From the NCBI GenBank assembly GCA_905178155.1, contig CAJINV010000001.1, positions 14,157,265 through 14,221,264 on the forward strand: DNA of 64,000 bases, in the 5' to 3' direction. Shown in pieces: positions 24,144-35,991 of the stretch. Positions within the stretch are counted from its first letter, which is position 1. Every line of letters starts with the position of its first letter. The position numbers and the translations under genes are program-made. This stretch comes from Amoebophrya sp. A120 (taxonomy: Eukaryota; Protista; Dinoflagellata). The notes below the pieces were generated by a model. That model made no database searches and was not told the origin of the DNA. It saw nothing but the letters and a program-made list of their open reading frames with translations.

Positions 24144-27100
24144 TCAGGCAAGCATGCCTAAAAATCCTCCTTCGTCACTGGAAGATCCCGCGTCGTAGTT
24201 GGTTCTTCCGTTTCCCGTGGTTTTCTGCCCCTGCATCACTGTGTAGGCCATCGCACCGAGCACCCCGGCTCCTGCGACCGCGCAGACCCCCATAATGGCT
24301 GCTTTGGGTATCCTTGCAAACCAACTGCCACTTCCCTCCTCCCCCGTTGCGTTTGTTGCGTTAGTGCCATTGCCGGTGCCATTGAGGAGGGCTCCGGCTT
24401 CCAAGTCCTCCGGAGGCGCGACCGTGCAGGGCCCGAGGTACTGGTCGCTTTCGGGGCAGGTGGCACTCTCGTTGAAGCCCCCGTGCACTTGGCAGAACGG
24501 CTTTTTCTCCAACCAGTCCGCGATCGAGGACAGCATGCTGGCTCCGAACAGCGCATCGAATAACTCCTGCGGGTTCTCCACACACGGGTGCGCTACTTCC
24601 CCCGTGTTTACGTTACACACCCCGCTCTTCCACTTCTCCAGCGCACAATAGCAGTCCTGACTGAGTCGCGCACAGTTCTCCCCGCCGTGCCACGCCAGCG
24701 CTCCCGTTTTGACGGATGGGTCGCTCGATCCGAAACACGGTTTGCTGATAATTTCTTCGCACTCCGTGGGACAGGCCGGAACGTTTTCCGCGCAGTACTG
24801 CCGCGGGGTCATCTGTTTGGCGACGCTGTACTTCGCATGGCACACATTCGCTTGCTCCGTGATCAAACTGGGATTGTTGCCGCGCAGGTTCGCGGGGTCC
24901 GGGCTCACGGCATCGCCGCAGTCCTGCTTCCAGGCTTCGCTCGTCGAGTTGCACCGTCTTTGCTTTGGCTGATCGGAGTTCGGCACATTGGGTATGCAGT
25001 GGCATTGCAGACTTACCTATGTGTGTAAGTATTATGTACCTCAGACTCTGTTTTGTACCTAACCTTAGAAAACCTGAACAAAATGACACTGAAAAATAAC
25101 AACCACAGATCTTAGTCTGTGTCTGACTTCATTTTTTTCTTTGGACGCGATAATTGAATTGCATGATATCTCCTCTGCCATACATCTTCTGCAATGCCAA
25201 TGCGTACTCGGGTCAAAATAACAGTTTTTCACCTCCTGCTGGGATAGGTTCTCGACGATTTCGCACTATGCATTGCAAAGGCGCGGCGTGTCTTGCTGGA
25301 ACAGCGAGGGCAATCAAAATATGAAAAAAAAAATGAGAATCCTACAAACTAAAATTGGAAAACCATGCCCGTACACATGAACAACCTCTGAGGTTGTTGT
25401 CCCAACTTTATTTTGTATGATGTTTGCCACAGCGAGACCGCACTGTAATAGATTGCCTCATCCGATACGTGCTCCTGCAGCTCGTAGCAGCGCTCGTAGA
25501 AGTTGAGGCAGTTTCATCCAATCAAAAAACACCCATCCCCATCCAATTTGTCACGCACAACACGCATAAATTTTGATTGCTGTGTTTGTCATGCACAAAA
25601 TGGATGGAGATGGGTGTTTTTTCCTGGATAAGCTTTGCGTACATTGAAGGTGAGAGGTCGAGTAGTCTTCCTGCCCGGTGGAATCTTTTTGGTCCAAAAT
25701 GTGCCACTCGTGACAGCGGTTCCAGATCAAATCCATACTTTTGGGGCCGTCCATCCAATAGCAGAACCCGTACTCCTGCCCCGTACACGAACTCTTGTCA
25801 TAGAACTGGTGCTCGCAAAACGGGTTGACCCGGGCCGTGCGGCCCATGCAGATACAGGCGTCATACAGGTTCCCGTCTGCGTCCGTGGTCAACTCGCACA
25901 GCTTCACGCCGTTCCCGTCGTACGTCCGCACGTCCTCGGGGAGTGGTTCCGGGGTGGTCGTTGTTGTTGTGGTATCCCAGGCACACGGTAGCTTCGAGAA
26001 CGCGAACGCCGTCCCTCCGTCTTTGCAGCTTTGCGCGACTTTGTCCACCACTTTCTCCTGCATCACGCTGTTGAAGGTGGCAATATTTGGATCTGCGAAG
26101 TGGTAGTCCCGGGTGGGAATCGCTTCGGTGCACGTGCTCTTCGCCGCCCACTCGGCCAGGGAGCAGTAGCAATCCTGCGAAAACTTTGGGCAGAAACTGT
26201 TTTTCGCGAAGTTCAGCACGTTCATCTCTGTGTTGGGATCGTCGAAGTTGAAACAGGGCTTGCTCATGTAGCTTTTGCACTCGTCTTGACAGCTTGAGGC
26301 GTGCTGGTCGCAATGCAGCGAGGTCGGGGAAATGTAGACAACCGGCGCCGGCGCGGGCGGCGGCGGTGCGGGCGCCGGGTTGCTGGCCGGGGTCGGATTC
26401 GAACTCGGGTACTTGTTGCATTCCGTGTCAGCATTGGAAACGAGGGTTGGAACCATACTGTCCCCGACCGTCCCCCTGCTAGAGCAATCAGTTCGCCACT
26501 TATTGCGGCTCGGCTGGCAACTGCTGCTCTGACACCCGTTTTTGGTCGGGTCGTGAATCGCGGTGTTCAGGTCGCTGTGCAGCGAGTCTGGACTAAATTC
26601 GATGCAGTCGTTGAAATAGTCGGTGCAGGCCTCCGCGCACGTGGCTACTATAATCATAGCACCAATACTGTAATCGTATTTTGGAGCTCCAGTTGTGCTA
26701 TCGACCTCCGCAGAGAGGGAGTCACAGAACATCCAAACCGGCGTTTTAGTCGTCCAGACGCATTTGCTGTCTCCATTGCACGAAGCCTCGTCCCAGTAAC
26801 TGTTCGGACAGCTATCCGGATATGGGTTGGGACGAAATTTACCAACGCAAACAGGCCAGTTTTTCTCTGCAAGTGTCGACGACTCTGTCTGCAAACCACT
26901 AGAGCTCCGCGAATTGCTCATGTCCCAGGAGGAGAAGGATTGCTGGGACGGGGCAGCTACATAGGCAGGGCGTTTGTAGTTCTTTGGATTTGTCTCCGTC
27001 CTCACAACGCCGGCGGTACTGGGCGAGGTACGAGTGGAGCCTATGCCAATCGTTCCCCTTACTGCGTTTCCTGAATCATCGTACTGACCGTCCGTTATTT

Positions 27101-27674
27101 CTTTTTCCTTAAGCGCCTGCTCCCTGTTCTTATCAAAAGTCGCACCGTGGTCTTGGTATTTCTCATCCCGAAGAAACCGTGAATTAGGTCGCTCCACCTT
27201 GGAGTGCCTTCCCATGGCCGGAGTAGAAGGTGAGGTGCTCCTGGTTACTTGCTGTGCCTGCGGGTCCGAAGCCGCATCATCCTGCAATTGATGCCGCTGC
27301 TGCTCAGGCCGACCAGCTTCAGTGCGCGCTTGTGTAGTGGTTTCGCGGCTGTACCGGCTCCGTCCCCTGGCTTGGGCCTCTGGTAATGAGGTGGTCCCGG
27401 TCTCACTAGTAGTAAGCTGTTGTGGAAATGAAATCCTGCTCCGCTCCGGATCCGAATCCGACAAAGAGGGCGCGTTACTTCCGGTGATTGCTATGCTAGC
27501 TGCTCCGCTATCAGCGTCTATCTCCACTACCGCTGCTTGTTCCTTCTGCATCAGAGACTGCGCTGCACGAGAACCTGCTCGCATGCGGTCTTGATCATGC
27601 GGCCCTTGTTCCACAGTAGGCGGCACAAGACTGTAACCACATCGGAGTAGGATTGCGAAGACGATCGGCGTCAT
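24144..27674 (-). CDS. Cysteine-rich type I membrane/surface protein with internal duplicated Cys modules
   Basis: Signal-peptide-like N-terminus and C-terminal TM segment (AAIMGVCAVAGAGVLGAMAYTV). Duplicated modules C...CQDECKSYMSKPCF...SQDCYCSLAEW and C...CPTECEEIISKPCF...SQDCYCALEKW. Three TAT...ATA insertions (25515-25630, 25267-25467, 24993-25206) link ORF 25551..27674 to ORF 24144..24986 via small exons (QSCLNFYERCYELQEH; EIVENLSQQEVKNCYFDP). Confidence 0.75.
24993..25206. mobile_element. TAT...ATA-class introner (non-canonical intron)
   Basis: 19-bp TIR TATGCAGTGGCATTGCAGA / TACGCATTGGCATTGCAGA (17/19). Degenerate 5-bp repeat (minus strand CCGAG/CCCAA). Removing 219 bp gives YFDP|NVPNSD in frame. 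Confidence 0.75.
25267..25467. mobile_element. Degenerate TAT...ATA-class introner
   Basis: Left end TATGCATTGCAAA is identical to family A/D ends; the right end finishes in ATA; the 5-bp repeat matches 3/5 (cgcac/cgtgc). Both a 206-bp removal and a 203-bp GT-AG removal restore the frame. Confidence 0.55.
25515..25630. mobile_element. TAT...ATA-class introner, family B
   Basis: TIR core AAAAAACACCCATC(C/T)CCATCCA at both ends; repeat agttt/agctt. Removing 121 bp gives QCTQS|CLNFYERC. Homologous to 52710-52818. Confidence 0.88.
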
Positions 27675-28844
27675 GGAGAAGTGAATCTACGCCATAAGGA
27701 AACCGCGTAAGCAGTGCGACAAAACAACATCAACATGCTGCTGCGTCGAGCACTAGTAGCACTGCTCGCGAAATACTTACACTCTCAACGAGTTCTTTGG
27801 GCCAGTCATGACAGCTGACGTGGTCCGCACAGACGCTCACGGTCTTGCACTTCCTGCGGGGTTGCTTTGGGTACCGGCACATACATTGATCATCAATATC
27901 AACTTCACGGTAACTGACGATCATCCTGAGCAATACTTAATGTTAATGTGTAAGTAGCTCTTGCATGTGCATGATTTCGGAGTAAAACAAAGATGAATTT
28001 GCAAGTAGGGAGTGAAATAAAAACAAAAACAGCGCCTGCTGCCGAAGCGCATCCATTGATGCTCTGGCGTTCGGTCGATGCGGGATGCGATGCGCCGGAC
28101 CCCCTACTTTTTTCATAGGCCGTACTTTTGAAAAACTCTCTATGCGCTTCTTCACCCTGCGGCATACGCATCGTCATGTTCCCGCTGTGCCGCTATTTCA
28201 CGGCGGCTCAGAATCAACCTGATCTCAACAGCTCAGCATGTTCCCTGTTGCCCGTCAAAGGTCAATCCAGCTCCGGCTGCGGAACATGCACATGCGTCGC
28301 AGCTGGAGTTTTCTGATACGATGATAGATGGAAGAATGTAAAAGAGTGGCTGCATAGAAGTTCCGGCGGATAGGTATGCTGATTTCAATTTCATGCACTG
28401 TATACGTATTCTTGGTGTTGGTATAATCATAGCTTCCGCGAAGCATCAATGTGGGTCATGAGGGTGTTGAGCTTGAAACATGTGTTCACCTGGCAGAAGT
28501 ACTCTGACTACGACTACGTTTTTCTTGGCTTGATGTACATCTAAATCTAGTAGTTGCATGCTGAATTACACAGATGAGATGATGGTAGTCGTACTAGTTC
28601 ATTTGCGATTTTTTAGCCGAGCTATCATCTACTTCTCGGTTGCTAGCAGCCCTCGAATGGGAAGAACTACGAGCAGGCCGGCATCCGAGTAGAAGACTCG
28701 CAAGCGTCGAGCAATGTTGTAGTTTAAAAAGTGTTGCGTGCTGAAATAACATGAAAGACCTTGTAGCTTTGTTACACGGTTGTCAGCGGGGGCAGAAATT
28801 GTACTTCATGAAACTACGTACAAAAGCAGAGAGCGTGTCGCTCA

Positions 28845-31826
28845 CTACACAAGGGGCGCGTAGCTCATGTCGTCTGCAGTGGCGGCAGAACTGCGGCGGC
28901 CGAAGACAAACCCCACACTCAGGCCGAGCACCAGCATCATAAACGGCATCGCGCTTGGGATGGAGAGTGCTTGCTGGTGTGTAACGTGGATCTGTGTGTA
29001 GTCGTTTTGGTGAAGTTCTAAAGTCTTCCGCTGTACAAGACTGGTACGTACTAAATGAAGCCCTTCAAAGTACATCATGAAAGGCATAGCAACTACATCA
29101 AACTGAAGAATCAGCACTCAGCTACCTTCGCATCTTCGCCCGATCTTTCCACCAACGTCACTGCCGGTGACACCGCCGCTGCTGCACCTGTTTCTAGCAG
29201 CTCCGCTTTCTCACCCACTTTTGGCTGCTGGTAGAGCCAGGTGCTTTGCAGCGCGTTCCAGGTGGTTGGCAGTTTGGTTTTCTCCGGAACAAGTTTGCGC
29301 TCGATCGCAATGGGATGAATGTCGCCGTTGAAGCTGATCGCTTCCGCAAACTCCAGCGGGTAGCCGTAGGGGGCGCCGATGGTACCTTTCGGGTCGTTCA
29401 GAAACCCGTCGTTGTACTTCACGATCAGGGAATCCGCGAGGTCCCACCATTTCCGCACGACTTCGCGCTGCAGCTTCTTTTGCCAGTCGTTCCAGTCCGT
29501 CTGGACCCAGCCGTCGTTGCGGGACGTTTATCAGAAGAAAAAATCCCCCCTCCCCATATCGAAACGAAGTTTCTGCTGCTGGATTTGCGTACACAAATCA
29601 GCTGTGTCTTGCAGTGAAGGACTGCAGGCCCATTGCAGGCCTGAGTAGAGAGGGGGGCCTAGGCGTTTAGCATGAGAAACGTCCATGCTGTAGGCACACC
29701 AGCATCACAGACCGCCGGCATAATGCGGCGAAGCCTGTGGAGTTGCCTTCTTGCAATACAGATGCGAGTTGTGGTCACAAATCCGCATTGCAAATTTTCT
29801 GAGGCATGCCGTTTCGATATGGGGAGGGTAGATTTTTTCTTATGATAACGTTTTGGTTTTCATTTTCGATTCGTACTCCTGTTCGAGCATGGCTTGGAGC
29901 TTCTGTTTCTCTGGGTAGACGTCCTTTTCCGCCATCATGTTGAAGTTGATTTTCATCCAGTTGGACACGAAATCAAACGCCCACCAGGCGGACTTTCGCG
30001 TGTACTCGCGGTTTGTCCCCGTGTAGTACGGCTCCGCTACGTGGGAAGACCGCTGTGTGTTGGTTGAGATTTTCAGAAAATCGTGTTTTCGCTGATGAGT
30101 CACTATTTTTGCTATATTCAGGTGTGGTCACAGTTTGCCCGCAGAATTCATCAACAAGTCAAAAAGAAGTACCGCCAGAACGGGCACAAAAACGCTCGTT
30201 GCGGGCGTGTCGACCGCAAACCAGCTGACGGCCTGATCCGCGGGCTGCGCTTCGTTCACGACACCGTATACGGTGCGCGCGATGCTGATCCCCCGGGGAA
30301 TCTGTCCCACGAGGCTGCTCGCCACGCCGCCCTCGACCGGAAAGGGGTTGCCGAAGGGCCCGGCGAGGGCGCCCTTGCCCAGGTCGAACTCCGTGTCCTT
30401 GTACAGATCGCCATGGATCTTGAAGATGTCCTCGCGCTCGATCGCCTTTTCGACGGGTACAGCCCACGGGTAGTCCATCGGGTCTTGCACCAGCGGAAAT
30501 TTCTTGGACGGCGCCACCAGGTTCAAGGCCCGCCACAGCCGGAGACTGGCGTACAGCGGGATCGGCTGCCCCTTGGTGGTGAACGTGACCGTATCTGGCG
30601 CGAAGGTTTTCGTGAAGTGTAGTTGGTTCGTCACGGTCGTCCCGTCGAGCGCGTAGGTCGGCTTCCACAAGCCAGCTTTCTCGGCCACGGCGTGCAGCTT
30701 CGCGGAAAACAAAATGTCGGCGGTGGGCTCCGCCGGTACCTCGCGGAGGATGAAGTTGTTGGCGATGAAGGCCGCGTGGCCCTTCGGCACGCGCTGTGCG
30801 GCCCACACGGACTTCGCTTCGGGCACTTCCGGAATACCGCCCACCACATGGAAAACCCAAGCGTCGCCCGTGGTGTCGGCGATCGTGATCGCCTCGCCGG
30901 CGTCGTCAATGGTCACGCGACCGTCGGCCTCCTTGCCCGGGGTCCACTCGTTGGGCATCGGGTAAAAACCGTACTTCTCCGCCATTTCGCCCATGGTCTT
31001 TACCGCACACATTGCGGTTGCGCAGCGCTCCATGGCAATCTGCATCAGGGACGTGAGATCGAGATAGGCCGCGACGCCAGTGCCGGGCCCTTTCGCTTGG
31101 TCAGCGGGGTAGTTCATCAGACGGGCGGCGCACGAAGACTCGCCCATACCTGAAAGAGGATTTGTTCTTCATAGAAAAAGTTGCGTATGTTTGAGATCAA
31201 AATTCAAACGTAGGGGGCCATCGCGAGCCAACGAAGACGCACTCGCACGAGGGACAGATGTTGATGTAAAAAAAAGCCTATAATCACTCCCAGTTGAACG
31301 ATACTCAGTCCCTTGTCGTTGATTAGCGGCAGCACACCCTCCCAGTAGCCGTTGGTGTGCGGTACTTCTGGAATGTGTGTGATCGGTGGATGCGGCCTCT
31401 CGCCGTCTTTCGGCTCGTAGAAATTACCGCGGCCGTAGCCAACCCATCGGGGCGCGGAGCCCATGAATTGGTACACGGGACGCTTGTCGCTGCTCTCGAA
31501 GTCTTTTGGCGACACGTAGGCCAGGCGCGGGTCGCAATTTGAACAATCCGCATTCATACCCGCAAAAGCCACTTTGTCCTTTGTGCCGGCGGCCTGAAGA
31601 ACAAGAAAGGTTTTAAAAATAATGAATGAGCCGATGTGTTCGCGTTGGTTCTTCTTTCATCTGTAGTTTAGAATCCCAACAGTGATAATGGCCTGATATT
31701 TGTGAGTTGTTCCTGCTCTTCAACGCCAAGCGTTGTTCTCACCTGAAACACTGACGCCGTGCAGGCGTCCACATGACGAACCGACGCGGCGGCCGCGAGT
31801 GCGGCAACTAGTGGCTTCCGCATCAT
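28845..31826 (-). CDS. Peptidase family C69 (dipeptidase/secernin-like Ntn hydrolase), signal peptide plus C-terminal TM anchor
   Basis: Signal peptide ending DA|CT (nucleophile Cys); MNAD, INDKGLSMGESSC, GEAITIAD, SVWAAQRVP, ANNF, SAWWAF, WWDLADSLIVKYNDG. GT-AG introns 31594-31742, 31150-31304, 30053-30172 and 28974-29125, plus introner 29529-29847. Confidence 0.9.
29529..29847. mobile_element. TAT...ATA-class introner (family B-related)
   Basis: 38-bp TIR TATCA(G/T)AAGAAAAAATC(CC/TA)CCCTCCCCATATCGAAACG (35/38). Perfect repeat ACGTT at 29524-28 and 29848-52. Removing 324 bp gives MKTKT|SRNDGW; no AG acceptor is available. Confidence 0.92.
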
Positions 31827-33521
31827 GACGATGCACCTGAAGTGCTGAAGACGAGGCACCAGTAAAGACTCTCTATGTGACTAGAATCTTTATTTTGCCG
31901 AACAAAAAAGTAGATGGTTAGAGCCGGTGGCAGGATCTTCCCACCTGAAGATCTAGCTAGGCCTCTCCCTCTCGTCATGCCGCGACTCAAGAATAAAAGA
32001 CGACGGAATACATCAGAAGATGCAGCAGAAGCCTCGCAACGTCTTCTGAAACTCAGTTTGCACTAGGGCTCTCCACGTTCACCTGCCCTCGCTCTGACTC
32101 AGACTCGTCTGCCTCTGATTTTGATTTTGAAACAGGATGAGGCGAAGATCGCGAAGCACATATGGAAAAAAAAGGAAAGAGTCTCCACCCCGATCACATC
32201 CTCACGACCTAAAAAGTCAGCTTGTCGTCCTGACGGACGGCTTCAAGTCGGAAAAGTAAAAAACGACTCTCAAGCAGAAAAGAATGAGGTGGAACAGATG
32301 GGTGGACAGAGACCTGCAAAAGCTAGTAATGACACGGATTCCACCGCCACCAAATCACTAGTGCTACATCTTGTCTCCGTATTTCGCTTTTTCTCGTAAC
32401 GCCAGGGAAAGTAGGAAAACAAGAAAGCTGCCTTCTTTCATGTCATCGCTTTGGAAAGAATATTCATTCGAGAGCCACTCCCAAGCATCTCCCAAGCATC
32501 TGCGGCAAAAAGACAAGAAAACTCGAACTGAAAATCGCGTACACAAACAATATAACAAAATGCAATTTTGAAATCAATAAATATGTATCTAATATAATAT
32601 CAATGTGCGTATGGTTAGGGGGCTTTGTCTCGATCTCTTAATGTGCTGTAGTGTATTGAAATTGAAGATAAACGGGTCGTGGCTTCAAATGAAAGCCATA
32701 CCTTGGCACCTTTCGCATTTCTTTGCGAGCTGGGCCAGGACGGACGCAACTTCTGTGTTACCTATCATGAGAATGAATATGCTTTCGTCGGGCGTTTGTG
32801 TGTGTATGTGTCTGTGTGGATGTGTGCTATTATCTTTAGGTAGTGCTCAATGCGAGTTCACGCCCGCGTCGCTGGTTGTGCAAACTAGTGCGAATACCGT
32901 ATTTCCGAAAAAGGGAGCCATGAACGCAAATGCAAAACTAGTCAAGAAAATCGAGTTTTCGCGCAGCTGTATTAGTATTCTTGTGCTGGTGTAGTTGTTA
33001 CCGCTACCCATCTGTGACTTACGTCAATTGCGACAATGCCCGTCAATGCCAAGTTCTTGTCTCAACGAAGTCGCGCGCAGTTCGACAGTCCTTGTTTTTC
33101 GCAATACCGTACACCACCGCGCAACAGAGACAGACAAGAACGAGGCAGTTGTGACAGACCATGACATAGTACGCACCGCGGTGGAGGTCGACCTGGTGTT
33201 GCAGGAGAGTTTGCTCCTGCTTTTGCTTCAAAACGTCAAAATCACACGGCTGAAGTAGACCAGCGATCAAATAAGTATTTCTCTGTCTCAGCCAGGAGTT
33301 TCTCGCACACTTAGACGTCCAAACCCTAGTAAAGCAGTCATGACATCATCCGTGCCACCAGTGTGGCCTTACCGCTTGACTGATTTTCCCATGGCACCGC
33401 TTCAACTCCTGGCCTCGGTTGCGTCTGCCTGAGTGATATCATTTTCTCCTCGATGTGAGCGTCATCTACTTCTCTTCTCCTGACGCAGTGGCCAGTAGAT
33501 CTCGCAATCCGTCAGATCTAC

Positions 33522-35095
33522 TCACTCTGCAATGGTTTGCTGAGCGTCCATAATCGTCTCTAATGCGGCGACGGTCAGCTCGTTTGTCTTTTTTGCTGCA
33601 ATTAGTTTTCGCCCCGCCTCCAATGATCCTGATTAGTCATTGCGTAGAACATTTTTGTCTTCATGAACATGATTTCTTGACGGTCACAGCATGAGCATGT
33701 TCCTAAAGCACAAAAAATAAGATTTGAGTTTGACGGCGCTTAGAAAAAATGCCGAAGCTCCTGTTGGTCTGCAAGTCCGCGTGTTGCATTCGCACGCCAT
33801 CAAAAAGCTCAAACCTATACCAGATGCGTCCGCGGGAGGCTTCCTGCCTGTGATTCGGTATCCGCCTAGTTTTCCGGATTCGAACAATTGTGGCGGTGCC
33901 TTGTAGAAGGTTTCCATCTTGGTCACGTGCGCTTCGCCGTGTAGCGCAACTTGCGTGGATTTTTTGGCGAGAAAGCGGTCTCTCCGGGCAACCGTCCACT
34001 TCGTCCAAACGTCGGTCAGGTCCTCAAATTCAACATCGGCGAACCCGATTTCCGTCAGGTGTTTCGTGTACTCTTCAACCGTCGGTACGCAAACGGCCCC
34101 AATCACGTCTTCCAGCAGGTGGCGCTCCTCCTCCGTTAGCTCGCTGACCGAGGGCACTTTCAACAAGTAGTCCTCGATCACGAATGTGGCAGAGGGCTTC
34201 AGCTGGCGAAAAGTGTTCTGGAAACCGACCAGGCGCGGGGCGAGAGGGATGTGCAGGAAGACCTGAGTTAGTTGTATTCTCATCATGTCTCGATTTGCCG
34301 CGATATGCTGGAAAGAATTATGTATGTTGACGAGGTAACACGACAAGTTGTCAATTCTTTTGCCTCCTCAGAACTGCGGGGAAGAAGCGACTACGAATTT
34401 TTCCCTTATGCTCATCGTACCAGGATGCAGTAGAATCCGTCGTAGGCCTCGCCTTCTAGTGGGAACAGGCAATCCGACTGCGTGCAATCGCTCGCCTGGA
34501 ACTGCGTCAGGTGGTCCAATCCTACCTCTTTTGCCACCCGGTTTGCGGACTCCACAAGGTCTGCCTGGATGTCTATGCCGTGGACCTCGCAGCCAGTCTT
34601 CCAGGCAATGTACCTGAGCGGATGTTTTCGCAAACGAGATTGGAAAGGTCGTGAAAGCTTTTTGTAATTATGGGTATGCATCTTCTTCTTTTACTTTTTG
34701 TGTTCTCATAGAAGCATCGGGGAAAGCGGAAGAGACAGAATCCTCAACCTCAGTACACCAGCGACCCGCATGAAGCGGTTTAGTTACAAGCTGCAAGGTA
34801 AAGAAAAAGAACCAGGAACGAAGAAGCAGAAGTCTCACCTTCCCGGCCCTCCGATGCCGCAGCCGATGTCGAGGATTTTCTTTGTTTTGTCAAGCTGCAG
34901 CAGGGTGATGACGTCGTCGTTCGCGTCCAGTCCGAGGTAGTGGTACTGGTCCAAATGGCCCGCGCGCAGCATGGTTTCCATCGTGACGGTTGTTGCTCCC
35001 GCCTTCTCCGCCTGCTTCCGCATCCAGGTCTCCAGCGCTTGCACCCGCCACGAGTACATCACGTTAGGCGTGCTGCTCCCGCTACCGCTCGTCAT
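33522..35095 (-). CDS. Class I SAM-dependent methyltransferase (sarcosine/dimethylglycine N-methyltransferase-like)
   Basis: LDQYHYLG, ILDIGCGIGGPGRYIA, VHGIDI, LVFLHIP, LKPSATFVIEDY. GT-AG introns 34614-34838, 34263-34420 and 33596-33820. The 3' end is uncertain (possible further exons to about 33050). Confidence 0.8.
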
Positions 35096-35991
35096 TTTTT
35101 TTGTTCTTTACGCAATAGGAGCCGTCGGATTGAGATCCGAAATTTAAAGTGAGATTTCTACTTCGCGAAGAGGTTTAGGTTAAAATGGAGAGCGAGAATG
35201 AGTGAGATGATAAAGACAACGCTTCGAGTGGACTTTTTAAAGAAGAAATGATGATCTGGGGAAGTAGACGTCTACCTCGCCGAAGAAAAGCTCTTGGTCT
35301 TACCTGTCCGGATCTACAACTACGCTTGTTCTGCACGTAGTAGAATACCTTTGATCGCCAAACAGAAACAACGAAAGAAATGGATCCTCTTTGAGTATTT
35401 GCACAAGAAAATTTAGCACTTGTAGTGAAGCAGGAGCCGCGGTCGTGCTCAACCGGTCTGGTGATCCTCCTGTGATTTTTAGGATCACACCAGCACGAAG
35501 CAAGGACATCATTTCTGTGCCTCCTCGGCGGAAAGGAAAAACCTACCCATCGTTGTTCCAAATCATGCATGAAAAGGTGCTCTCAGTCTCTTGCTCTTCT
35601 TATTGTGGCTGACGCTATTTTTCCGTTGCAGCTGCAGAGATCGCCATCACTCTGAAGTTAGAATGATGCAACAGCAAGAACGCATTTTCATCTCAACCTA
35701 CGATGACGAAAGAAGTTTTGGGAAAAACAAAAAGCTGAACAAGTTGAGCTAGTGTGATCAGATCGATGATCTTCGTTCTGCATTGCGCTTCGGCTTCGAA
35801 CTAGTGCTCGAGAGCATTTTCCAGAAATTTATTGTGCTGTCGCTGGTGTTGGTGACTGTGTAGGCCTAAAGGAAAGTTCGTATCCGTATGATTACGATTG
35901 GTATTGCTATTAGAGTCAATAAGCTGGGTTTTCGTGGGCGTGATTGCCTTCGCCACGGCGCACGTCAGCCATGCAGGGAGATGTTACTTAG

